A stretch of 63,994 nucleotides of DNA, counting the filler, from Aduncisulcus paluster (taxonomy: Eukaryota), in the NCBI GenBank assembly GCA_024181965.1. It is 5 parts of 5 records of this genome, joined end to end, with 100 filler letters (N's around TTAATTAATTAA, not from the genome) between each part and the next. Parts side by side here need not be neighbours in the genome. Positions count along the whole stretch, not along the records: positions 32,126 to 53,295 come from BQXS01012490.1; 4 more parts are not named here. One strand, written 5' to 3'. The notes beneath the pieces are model-generated. The model saw nothing but the letters and a program-made list of their open reading frames with translations, was not told the DNA's origin and ran no database searches. A program made the position numbers and the translations under genes. Numbering within the stretch: the stretch's first letter is position 1; the number at the start of each line of letters is the position of its first letter. Below, piece by piece: positions 33,197-44,139 of this stretch.

Positions 33197-35534
33197 TTAG
33201 GGATTAATAAATTTATGTCTTTCCAAACTTATAATTCTTGTTTTCTTCCCTCTTCTAACCTTTCTTTTCACTTTAAAGCATTTTTTCGAAGTTATTTTTA
33301 TCTCATTAACCGAATAAAAAAATGACCAAAACAAAACAACGACATTTCTAGGAAGGTCTTTGTGAATAAAGCGAGTTGAAACACGGATAATACATGACAT
33401 ATTTCCCACATCACTTTGTGAGATAGAAAATAGGAATGCTTTCTCAGCTTCAACAGAATCCAAAAACAGACAAGAAAACCATTTCATATTAGATTTCAAA
33501 CTCAAACTTTCAAGGAATAGAATGAAAAAAACTTCACATTCTGTCATAAAAACAGGCTGTTCAGTCGTAATAACTCCTTGCGAATCAGATATTAATGATG
33601 TTTTTGAATCAAGATCTTCCTTTTTCAAAGACGATATTCTCCTTTTCCCAAGAGGAATTGACTCTTCATTCCTTCCACTTTTCCCCTCGATGGATACAGA
33701 AGAAGGGAATTGATCAACATCAGTCATGAGTGAGAGAGTTTTAGTGGAGGGAATAGAAAGTGGAGGGGTTGAATCTTGATATCCTGTCTGAGATCGAGGA
33801 ATAATGGGAACAGATAAGTGTGTATCAAGTGCCTGAGAAGGAATACTAGGGGGGAAGACAGGAGTTAATCCGGTTTGAGTTGTTTGGGCAGATAATAATG
33901 AAGCCCTTGAAAGCGAATTTGACCTTGAGGATAATAGAGCAGAATCAGAAGAACTCTTATCATCTTTCTCACAAACATCACTATGAATAGAATCAGTGGA
34001 AGAACATCCAAAACTCTCTGAAAACCCTTCTCCCTTTTCTTCTTCATCTCTTTCCCCTTCCCCTTTGTTGTCATTTTCCATGATAGAAATATATTGAGAT
34101 CCACGAGGTTGTGTTATCGATTTGGTAGGAAATGAGGAGGAAGGCCTCGAAGAAGAATTATTCAGACTCCATCCATTCGAAATCCCATACCCTTCACAAA
34201 TAACAGATGCAGCAACACACGTGACAATATCAAATTGATATTTATATTCTTTCTCAATTGATTTTGAAATAGACTCACCAATAATTTGTGAAGAATCAAC
34301 ACAGCTTTGATGGGATATTTCTTTCTGTCGTTCTTCCTTCAGGATTATTGGGGGAATGCACCCAACAATCAGCTGAGAGAGTGAAGACACCGAATGGAAT
34401 GAGATATCAAACGTTCTATGGACATGGGAAGATGCTTCAACAAGTGAGAAACAAGAAGAATTACCATGTTGCAAATCATCAGAATTCTGAAAAATCCTTT
34501 GAATACTTTCCATTGAAACATTGACATTGGAAAGAATGGATTTCTCTTCAACAAACAGGGGCATTGATCGACAATTTGAACAACACACCTCAATAATACG
34601 AGTCGAGGTGCAAGGATCTCTTGTCAATGTCTTACCAATCATTTGATTACATCCACATGACACAGATACTGAAGAGGCCAGGGAAGAAGAAGATCGAGAA
34701 TACAAATCAGAAATTGATGATGCACCAACTCCAACAGAGGAAAGCTTTGAAAGATCTTTTTGTTTCTCCCTCCCTTCTTCACCTTCTTCACCATCAATTT
34801 CACTATGATGCGATAAATCATTTTTTCCTCCTGACATTAGCTCAGAACGAACCAAATGCTCATCAAATAAAGGCGTAGTAAGTTCCTCCAAGATACTAGG
34901 AGTTAATGAGGATTGAGGAAATTCTGGGGGGGAGGCAACAGATTGGCCACTCTTCCTTGAAGAGCTAAGAACTTCAGGAGTAAACACTTCAAGTGATATA
35001 GGTGATGGAGAATGGGAGATATGAATAGAATCAACAACAATATTGGGAGTATGTTTGTTGGTTTTCTCAACATCAGGTGGAGACATACCAGATGACACAG
35101 AAGAATGAGAGTATGGTAGAGTCGTTGATTGTCTGCCAATGGATTCATTTTCTTTACCTTTGGCGGTTTCATCAACAACATTATCAGTACAATATGAGTT
35201 GTCAAGTATATGGAATAGAATATCAACAAAAATAGATTCTATCTTGGGATGTAATACAAACTGATCGGAAGTTAGAGATTTTCTGGATTTTCCTTCCATC
35301 TTAAAATATCTTTTTAATAACATTTCTGCAAATGATACTGGAATCATTCCACGCTTATCATGGCCAAAAAAAAGTGAATCTTCCGGATTAGAAACCATTC
35401 TTCATACAAATCCAAATAAAAAAAATAAAATAATAAAAAAAATATGAGAAATCACTTGAATTAAGAACGACACAATAATTCACATACAAAATCGCCATAT
35501 CTTGATCCGAAAGCTTAGAAAAATCTATTTCCAT
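33197..35534 (-). CDS. Ser-rich hypothetical protein, two exons (35534-35488 and 35399-33197)
   Basis: 88-nt intron 35400-35487 (GTATGT...ATGAAG) gives MEIDFSKLSDQDMAI-L-MVSNPEDS in frame. Confidence 0.7.
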
Positions 35535-36079
35535 GATATTACTTTTTAAAACATCGGAATAAATGAATTTGTAAATGTCACATGGCATACTTCTGATCAA
35601 AAACATCACAAAAATAAAATCTGAACAATCCACCCCAATATAGTCTTTTTAAAATACAAATATAAATTAGCAACTCTATATTTCACGTTTATTTCGGTTT
35701 TATTCTGCATAATTCAAGATGGGAACCCTTGATCCAATCTTGATATCAAAACATCACTTAATGATTTGGTCCAAAGGCAAAACACGTAAAGCGACATGAT
35801 ATTAGCCTTAAATTGTGAAAATCCTTCCCCAGAGTTTGAAAACCCAACATATTCTAGGATAAATAACAAGAACAAAACTTGAATCAAGATCCTCCCTCCA
35901 GTACTAGAGTTTGAGGGAGAATGTAAAACTTGGGGAGTTCTTAATCCTCCATATGCTCAACACAGGAGTGGCTCTCCAGTATTAAACCAAGCATTATGTC
36001 TTCTGTTTGATCCCTTAGAAAGAGCTAAGACATTTGGTTGTTGAGATACTTAAGAAAACAAAAGGATAAAACTTGGCAT

Positions 36080-36697
36080 CTACGAACATAATTCTATATA
36101 TTTTTCAATGGCTCCAAAAGTTTCAGTTATATATTGAATATTTGCAGTCAATATTCCATTGACACTCTTCAATCCAGACAAGTCCACGGAACAGGACATA
36201 ATTGTATTAAGGTTTTCAATAAGTTTGTGAACAGAGGCAATTCCATGGAGAGTTTGCAAAAAATGCATTTGAGAAATTCCCTTAGTACGGACAAAGGCTC
36301 CACCCCGCCTCATACACTCTCCGAGCCAATGAAGAATAGAATCAGAACGGTCGCTAAGCTGGGATGCAAGCTTTTCTAATTGTTTATAAAGTTGTACCAC
36401 ACTTTTAATATTTGATTCAGACATAAGATTGCAAATTGATCCGACCTTTTCGAATGATTTTGCTTTGATTTCGAACTTACGTAATTCACCAGCGGAAAGG
36501 ATCAAATCACTTCCAAGTTGCTTACATTTTTGTTCTGAAAATGTAGATGCAGTAAAATAATCAATGTCAACACCATCTTTGGTGATTAATACAGGAGTAT
36601 CATCGACAATATCAGCTAGTGAGCCATCATTAAAACTATCATAACTTTTGTCACAAGTAGTGTATAGTTTTTCTAATTTTTTTTCAAGATCGTCCAT
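36080..36697 (-). CDS. Coiled-coil hypothetical protein (205 aa), weak resemblance to dynactin shoulder subunits
   Basis: ATG-initiated ORF with heptad-rich helices; family assignment is tentative. Confidence 0.7.
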   Translation of the reverse strand: MDDLEKKLEKLYTTCDKSYDSFNDGSLADIVDDTPVLITKDGVDIDYFTASTFSEQKCKQLGSDLILSAGELRKFEIKAKSFEKVGSICNLMSESNIKSVVQLYKQLEKLASQLSDRSDSILHWLGECMRRGGAFVRTKGISQMHFLQTLHGIASVHKLIENLNTIMSCSVDLSGLKSVNGILTANIQYITETFGAIEKYIELCS

Positions 36698-37268
36698 AAT
36701 AAATGTTGAATAATTTCAATTATACGAGAAAACTCAATACAAAATAAAATGTCTCTGAAAACAGAAAATACTTACATTTCTATAACTAAATCTTCAAAAT
36801 TAAGTGAATTATATACTAATAATATATATTTCTTTATTGCAAATCCAGTTAATATATTATTTTACGTTTCGTCGAGTGTTGCACAAACTTTCAATTGAAA
36901 TAATTTCAAGACGAGATTTTCATGTCCAGATAATATCTGAACGTATAAAATATTATCTATACCAGGTAATTGAATCTCAAACGAACCCCACTCCAATTAA
37001 TGGGAGTGAGATGTATAAAAAGCAGTGAAATTTAAGATTGGAACCTGTTTCTTATTTGTTTGTTGAATTATCAATATAAAGACATAGGAGGATAATGTGA
37101 GTGTTGGTGACTATAGAAGCTGCGATATGATGATCTTGAAGAATTCTGAAGTTGCTTTTCAAATCTAGATTGGTCTTCAAAACGATATCATGTTCTTCGA
37201 CCACGGAATAATTATCATATAAACGAAACAAATCTTCCTCTCCATTCATCCAAATTCACATTGAAATA

Positions 37269-37757
37269 TTAAAAGAATGGCAATTTACAAATAAACTCTT
37301 CACAATGGTGTTTGAAAGCTTCATTCTTTATCTCAGAACCATGAGATGCCCTTTCGTGACAATCATGGAGGGGATTCATTGACACATAGGGTACAAAAAC
37401 TTCTTTGTATAGTCTTTCCATTTCCGGATGTAAATCGGGAACTTCAAGATCAGTAAGAAAAACAAATGATATACCAAAACCTATTTTAAGGTAGTGACAT
37501 TTGTAATTTGACATGGTAAAGCTGCGAAGTACATCTGTTGGCTCTGGAATCTTAACACGTTTTTCAATATCTTGATCGGAAAGCATTGGTTGATTTAAAC
37601 GAATTGCTTTTGTCTTAAGCTCAAACAATACCCCAGATAGATTTAAGGCCCTATCCTCGGGAATTTTTTTTCCTGTACCTGGAATATGAGCTTTATCCCA
37701 TTCTAAAGAGAATAAATGGTGTCCAGATTTTCCGTAAATAGTAAAAGAATATATCAT
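37269..37757 (-). CDS. TRAPPC1: TRAPP complex small longin subunit (Bet5/TRAPPC1, sybindin family)
   Basis: MIYSFTIYGKSGHHLFSLEW, LSGVLFELK, SFTMSNYKCHY..GISFVFLTD, LYKEVFVPYVSMNPL, IKNEAF....EEFICKLPFF. Confidence 0.82.
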   Translation of the reverse strand: MIYSFTIYGKSGHHLFSLEWDKAHIPGTGKKIPEDRALNLSGVLFELKTKAIRLNQPMLSDQDIEKRVKIPEPTDVLRSFTMSNYKCHYLKIGFGISFVFLTDLEVPDLHPEMERLYKEVFVPYVSMNPLHDCHERASHGSEIKNEAFKHHCEEFICKLPFF

Positions 37758-37997
37758 AATTGAATTGGTGTTTCAAAATCGACAGCCAGAAATAGTCCCT
37801 GTTAACATGGGTAGTAGTGATTATCTTAATGATCTTTCAAAAAATAAAACATGTTATTGTCATCATAAATGATATTGTTTTGTTCGGGCTATATATGGTT
37901 GACGGGAGAAAGAAAATTCTGAGAAAAAAATATCACAGATGAGGATTGCTAAAAACTCATTTTATTTTTACACCAGTTAAACTAAATAAACAGCTGT

Positions 37998-39739
37998 TTA
38001 CAAAAATGTATGAACAAATCCAGCACCTTGGTCATCGTATTCCTTAGATGTCATAAGCATACTCTCGAAAGTGCTCAAGCAAGTCATGATACTTCCACCC
38101 AACCATACAGAATACTCTCTTTCCGGCGTATCAATGACATTTACATGTATCTTTGGACCTTTGTCAATCGATTTGTCGACTTCCGTCCGCAACCTGCTTG
38201 CAAAGCCCTTAAAAAGAGTGTTTCCTCCACACAAAACAATATTATTGAACAAATCATTCCGAATGTCAACATCACACTTAACAATACTGTTGAATATCAC
38301 ACTGCCGAGAGAAGGGTGATCTTTACCAATGAGAGATGGGAAAAAGAGAGCTTCGGTAGCCCTTGGCAATTCACGGCTCAAGACAATCTCTTGTCCATCG
38401 GGAAGCTTATAATTATATTCCGCAAACTCTTCGGCCGAAAGNNNNNNNNNNNNNNNNNNNNTCAATCGATTTGTCGACTTCCGTCCGCAACCTGCTTGCA
38501 AAGCCCTTAAAAAGAGTGTTTCCTCCACACAAAACAATATTATTGAACAAATCATTCCGAATGTCAACATCACACTTAACAATACTGTTGAATATCACAC
38601 TGCCGAGAGAAGGGTGATCTTTACCAATGAGAGATGGGAAAAAGAGAGCTTCGGTAGCCCTTGGCAATTCACGGCTCAAGACAATCTCTTGTCCATCGGG
38701 AAGCTTATAATTATATTCCGCAAACTCTTCGGCCGAAAGGTGATCGTATGAGATATCTTTCACGGCATGTGGATGGACATAACACAACTCTTCCTTCATT
38801 TTACACATACTGTTGATACTTGGCGAAGAGTGGAAATCATACATACGTTCACGAAGCAAAGATATCAAAAAATTAGTAATATCAGATCCATTAACAGGAT
38901 AATATTCCATTGCATGATCGATTGCAACGCCTTGATAAATTGGAACAATATGAGTGCTGCCTGCCCCAGAATCAACAACTACACCACTGGTAAGACCTGT
39001 ACCAGCGAGGGCAAGAATGGGTTGCGACTGAAGCAACAATGATGGAATCCCAAGTGTTTCGAACAGGATTTCAGTTAGTTTTTCTCTTTTTTTCTTATCA
39101 TTCTGTGGAGTCTCGGTTAATAAAAGTGGGGCATCATGTGGAGGTACCATTAACTCATCGTAAAAGGTGTGGTGTAACAATAATTCAAATCCTTCCCAAT
39201 CGCTGATAGATCCAGCTTCAATTGGGTGTGTCAAACGAAGTTTACCTCTATCTTTTATCNNNNNNNNNNNNNNNNNNNNAATCAACAACTACACCACTGG
39301 TAAGACCTGTACCAGCGAGGGCAAGAATGGGTTGCGACTGAAGCAACAATGATGGAATCCCAAGTGTTTCGAACAGGATTTCAGTTAGTTTTTCTCTTTT
39401 TTTCTTATCATTCTGTGGAGTCTCGGTTAATAAAAGTGGGGCATCATGTGGAGGTACCATTAACTCATCGTAAAAGGTGTGGTGTAACAATAATTCAAAT
39501 CCTTCCCAATCGCTGATAGATCCAGCTTCAATTGGGTGTGTCAAACGAAGTTTACCTCTATCTTTTATCGAATAAATCTCTTCACCAATATAAACATCTT
39601 TACCACCCATAATAGCTGGCATTATCCCGTCATGACGAGGTTTACCAATAACTGATGGGAACATAACTTTTGGATAATCATTACCCCCAAAACCCGCTTT
39701 CACGGAACCACTTCCAACATCAATCACTGCTGCTTTCAT
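37998..39739 (-). CDS. Divergent actin / actin-related protein, copy A (one gene once gap duplications are removed)
   Basis: VIDVGSGSVKAGFGG, LLTETPQN, GVVVDSGAGSTHIVPIY, LPDGQ, IVLCGGNTLFKGF, REYSVWLGGSI. Track ORFs 39248, 38413 and 37998 overlap through duplicated sequence at gaps 39260-39279 and 38442-38461. Confidence 0.9.
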
Positions 39740-39958
39740 GTTAAGGAACGAAAAGAGGTCATTTTATTCTCATTCAGTTTCAAATGTCACATGGGGGTAT
39801 AATTCATGATTGGCTCATAAAAATGATATGTACCTTTCGTATTTTAGTTCAATATTTATAAATGGAAAAGAAAAAATTGTTATTACACCAAGAAAAAATG
39901 GCGACTGATATTTATTTCTTATTTTGGTTTTGAAATTCTTACATTGTTTAAAATAACT

Positions 39959-41086
39959 TTACAGCAAAGTATGGACAATGGACACCCCTTGTTCATCATA
40001 TTCTTTTGCTGTCATTACCATACTATCAAAAGTGGTCAATCGTGTTAAAATGCTTCCACCCAACCATACAGAATACTCTCTTTCCGGCGTATCAATGACA
40101 TTTACATGTATCTTTGGACCTTTGTCAATCGATTTGTCGACTTCCGTCCGCAACCTGCTTGCAAAGCCCTTAAAAAGAGTGTTTCCTCCACACAAAACAA
40201 TATTATTGAACAAATCATTCCGAATGTCAACATCACACTTAACAATACTGTTGAATATCACACTGCCGAGAGAAGGGTGATCTTTACCAATGAGAGATGG
40301 GAAAAAGAGAGCTTCGGTAGCCCTTGGCAATTCACGGCTCAAGACAATCTCTTGTCCATCGGGAAGCTTATAATTATATTCCGCAAACTCTTCGGCCGAA
40401 AGGTGATCGTATGAGATATCTTTCACGGCATGTGGATGGACATAACACAACTCTTCCTTCATTTTGCATACAATATCAATACCACGAGAAGTCCTGAAAT
40501 CATAACCACGTTCACGAAGTAGAGATATCAAAAAATTAGTAATATCAGATCCATTAACAGGATAAAACTCGACACCATGATCAATAGCATATCCTTGATA
40601 AATTGGAACAATATGAGTGCTGCCTGCCCCAGAATCAACAACTACACCACTGGTAAGACCTGTACCAGCGAGGGCAAGAATGGGTTGCGACTGAAGCAAC
40701 AATGATGGAATCCCAAGTGTTTCGAACAGGATTTCAGTTAGTTTTTCTCTTTTTTTCTTATCATTCTGTGGAGTCTCGGTTAATAAAAGTGGGGCATCAT
40801 GTGGAGGTACCATTAACTCATCGTAAAAGGTGTGGTGTAACAATAATTCAAATCCTTCCCAATCGCTGATAGATCCAGCTTCAATTGGGTGTGTCAAACG
40901 AAGAACTCCTCTATTTTCAATGGCATCTTCACCAATATAGACTTCTTTACCACCCATAATAGCTGGCATTATCCCGTCATGGCGAGGTTTACCTATAACC
41001 GAAGGAAACATAACTTTAGGAGAGTCTTGCCCTCCAAAACCTGCTTTAATGGAACCACTTCCAATATCTATTACCGCTGCTTTCAT
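39959..41086 (-). CDS. Divergent actin / actin-related protein, copy B (375 aa)
   Basis: Complete actin-fold ORF from ATG 41086 with all hallmark motifs; tandem paralog of copy A. Confidence 0.93.
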   Translation of the reverse strand: MKAAVIDIGSGSIKAGFGGQDSPKVMFPSVIGKPRHDGIMPAIMGGKEVYIGEDAIENRGVLRLTHPIEAGSISDWEGFELLLHHTFYDELMVPPHDAPLLLTETPQNDKKKREKLTEILFETLGIPSLLLQSQPILALAGTGLTSGVVVDSGAGSTHIVPIYQGYAIDHGVEFYPVNGSDITNFLISLLRERGYDFRTSRGIDIVCKMKEELCYVHPHAVKDISYDHLSAEEFAEYNYKLPDGQEIVLSRELPRATEALFFPSLIGKDHPSLGSVIFNSIVKCDVDIRNDLFNNIVLCGGNTLFKGFASRLRTEVDKSIDKGPKIHVNVIDTPEREYSVWLGGSILTRLTTFDSMVMTAKEYDEQGVSIVHTLL

Positions 41087-41268
41087 GTTAAGGAACAAAA
41101 AAGAGAGATATGAACACGAAACAAAATTCATCAATATTGAGCAGCATTACGTCTTTAATACTAGCTGTTTAGTGTGTATTGGAGCAAATATTTTATTTGA
41201 TCGGTATATTTCATGAGAAATACGAAAGCTTCAAGGACACATTAACAACGATTTATTTAATAATATAA

Positions 41269-42629
41269 TTAAAGGAATTCACTCCATTCGTGCTCTTTGA
41301 CACCGAATTGAATGTCTAATAAAGTATTGAACAACTTGTGAGTGAGGACACCACAGTCACCATCCATCTCACAGGGGATCTCAATATCATCTTTTTCATA
41401 GAGAATCTTGTTAATGGGAACAACGATAGCGGCGGTTCCAGTTCCGAAAGATTCAACTAAACGACCATCCTTGGCGGCTTCAACGATTTCTTCCATCGAG
41501 CAATCTCTCTCAGACATGGTGTATTCNNNNNNNNNNNNNNNNNNNNGTGCTCTTTGACACCGAATTGAATGTCTAATAAAGTATTGAACAACTTGTGAGT
41601 GAGGACACCACAGTCACCATCCATCTCACAGGGGATCTCAATATCATCTTTTTCATAGAGAATCTTGTTAATGGGAACAACGATAGCGGCGGTTCCAGGT
41701 CCGAAAGATTCAACTAAACGACCATCCTTGGCGGCTTCAACGATTTCTTCCATCGAGCAATCTCTCTCAGACATGGTGTATTCGGGGTAACTCTTAACAA
41801 GTTCAATAACTGAACGACGAGTAATCGAGGGAAGGATAGTTCCATCCGCAAGGGAAGCTGTGATAACCTCGGGCTTACCAGTCTCCTTATCCTTGATAAC
41901 AACAAAGAAGGACATGGCACCAACTTCAGTCACATAGTTTTTCTCACCAAAGAGCCACAATACTTGGTTGCAGCCCTTTTCCTTGGCAATTTTCTGAGGG
42001 AGGATTGTAGGGGCGTAGTTTCCACCACATTTGCAGGAACCAACACCACCGGGCCAGGCTCTGACGAATTCAGTTGTAGCGTAAAGGGAAACGGGTTTGA
42101 ATCCAGAGGCGAAGTAGGGACCAGATGGAGACATAATGACGAACATGAGGGCTTTGTTGGGGGAGGCCAATCCAAGTTTGCATGAAGTGGAAACAACAGT
42201 AGGACGAAGGTAAAGAGAGTATCCACGCATCTCTGGGATCCATTTTTGGTCAACTTCAACAAGCTTTCTCATACACTTGAGAGCCTCTTCGGGATTGAAA
42301 GAGGGTAAAGAGAGACGCTCACAAGATTTCTTCAGACGTTGGAAGTTAAGAAGAGGTCTGAACAAACGAGCCTTGCCTTCTTCATCCTTGTAGGCCTTGA
42401 GACCCTCAAAAACTTCCATACCATAGTGGAAGCATTGAGCCGCAGGACTAAGAACAAGATCATGTTGAGGAACAATACGGGGCTCTCCCCAACCTTTTCC
42501 CTCTTCCCATTCGATCTCAAGCATGTGATCAGAAAGGTGCTTTCCGAAAAGGAGATCGTCCTTTGGAGGCATGGTCTTAGGGGTCTTAGTAAGGGTAATT
42601 TCCAGTTTAGAGAAGTCAATGTCTTGCAT
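41269..42629 (-). CDS. BCAT: Branched-chain amino acid aminotransferase (PLP fold type IV)
   Basis: FGKHLSDHML, FHYGMEVFEGLKAY, LFRP, LYLRP, RAWPGGVGSCKCGGNY (catalytic Lys), TEVGAM, GTILPSITR, FGxGTAA. The 3' end is duplicated across gap 41527-41546. Confidence 0.96.
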
Positions 42630-42948
42630 TATGCGATATATTTTAGCTTGGAATATGTCTACGAGAAAAAAAACTCGACAACAGAAAAACCAAAAAAGTC
42701 AAGGCCCGTCAATTCTACTTATGTTGACTTATTTTTCGGATATTTCGGCATAAAAGTTTACATTAACATCTTATTTTATTCCAACCATTTTCATTATATT
42801 ATTCAATTATTCGATACTGGAGTTTTTTCTCATTCACTGAAATGACGCCGAAACCTCGGTGAGGAATTCTCTCGCTCTAGCCTGGCCCAGGAATAAGCTG
42901 AGCTTATTCAGAAATTTCAAGATTCCTAATAAACAATTATTCACATTT

Positions 42949-43998
42949 TTATTTTTTGGTTTCTGATCTTGTAAGGGGAGAATCGCCGGTTCTACGCTTT
43001 CCATATTCTTTTTTGGTTTGGACATATTGCACAAGAAACTTCTCCCAGAAATCCTCATGTATTAATATTTTATCCAAAGTCGACGAATCCGGCCCGTCTT
43101 TCCCTTTCTCTCCTTTTTTAAGGACATGACTGAAATTAAATATTCCCTTAGAAGTTCCACAGTTAGTCATGGATAATTTATCCTCGCTATATGAAGGGTA
43201 TAGTCTGTGAGCCTCACACGGCAACATTTCTTCTTCTTCATCATCATCTTCATCCACTTCTCTATCTTCTTCCTTATTATCGGAGCCAATTGCGATTAGA
43301 GTAGCATCATCTCGTTGGACTTGAGTTATATAGGTATTAAATATAGATCTTTCAACTTCAGAATCAATCTTACAACGGAACTTCTCAACAACGTTCTCAA
43401 AGGCCTTAGCCGGGGATATTAATCCACCTTTTTGGAAAAAATCAAACAAAATTCCACCAAATACACTTGCTGATTCCATCATCGCAAAATAGTTTCTAAC
43501 TTTAAAGTTAACCATCAATCGAGGAATTTTTTTGTGAATCCGCAAAGCTTCTTCACATTTGGATAATAATAAACCAAGATTTTTAAGTCCTTCTTTAAAA
43601 ATATCTTGAACAAATTCATCTGGACATTTCTCGTGAATTTTCGAGTTGCAACTCATGATAATGAAAACGAAACTATCAGCAAATTTTTTAATGATTCTTA
43701 GTCTTTCAATACAATCGAGACAGAAATCGAGAGTACATGGCGAACGATCATGATCTATATCAAGAATATAAAACAGCGTCAATATATTACATTCTCGGAT
43801 AGTAAAGCAATTCATTCTTATTTTAGGTTTGACATAACCGGCTTCCTCCAATATTTCAGCATTAATATACTCACAACACGCCAAAAAATGTTTTGGGTCC
43901 CGGAGTTCGCTAACACGGAGATCAGTGTATGTTACCCTTTTCACAGGACCATTCTGAATAGACAATGTTGACTTCCATTCTTTATGTGTGGATAGCAT
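42949..43998 (-). CDS. Hypothetical protein (~350 aa)
   Basis: Long ORF with an acidic patch; first ATG at 43998; no family recognised. Confidence 0.7.
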   Translation of the reverse strand: MLSTHKEWKSTLSIQNGPVKRVTYTDLRVSELRDPKHFLACCEYINAEILEEAGYVKPKIRMNCFTIRECNILTLFYILDIDHDRSPCTLDFCLDCIERLRIIKKFADSFVFIIMSCNSKIHEKCPDEFVQDIFKEGLKNLGLLLSKCEEALRIHKKIPRLMVNFKVRNYFAMMESASVFGGILFDFFQKGGLISPAKAFENVVEKFRCKIDSEVERSIFNTYITQVQRDDATLIAIGSDNKEEDREVDEDDDEEEEMLPCEAHRLYPSYSEDKLSMTNCGTSKGIFNFSHVLKKGEKGKDGPDSSTLDKILIHEDFWEKFLVQYVQTKKEYGKRRTGDSPLTRSETKK

Positions 43999-44139
43999 TT
44001 CTATTTGAATCAAAACCCGAAAAAAGATTGACAATCACATTGGACATCTGAATGAGTCAAAATGAATTGGTATTATTAAAATAAAATATAGCTGAAATAA
44101 CGGGGGAGTCAATTTTTATTTTGTACTCATTCGGAATAG

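Noticed and set aside
36804..37249. Short ORFs and possible small exons between TRAPPC1 and the 36080-36697 gene
   Set aside because: No consistent GT-AG model with a convincing product could be built.
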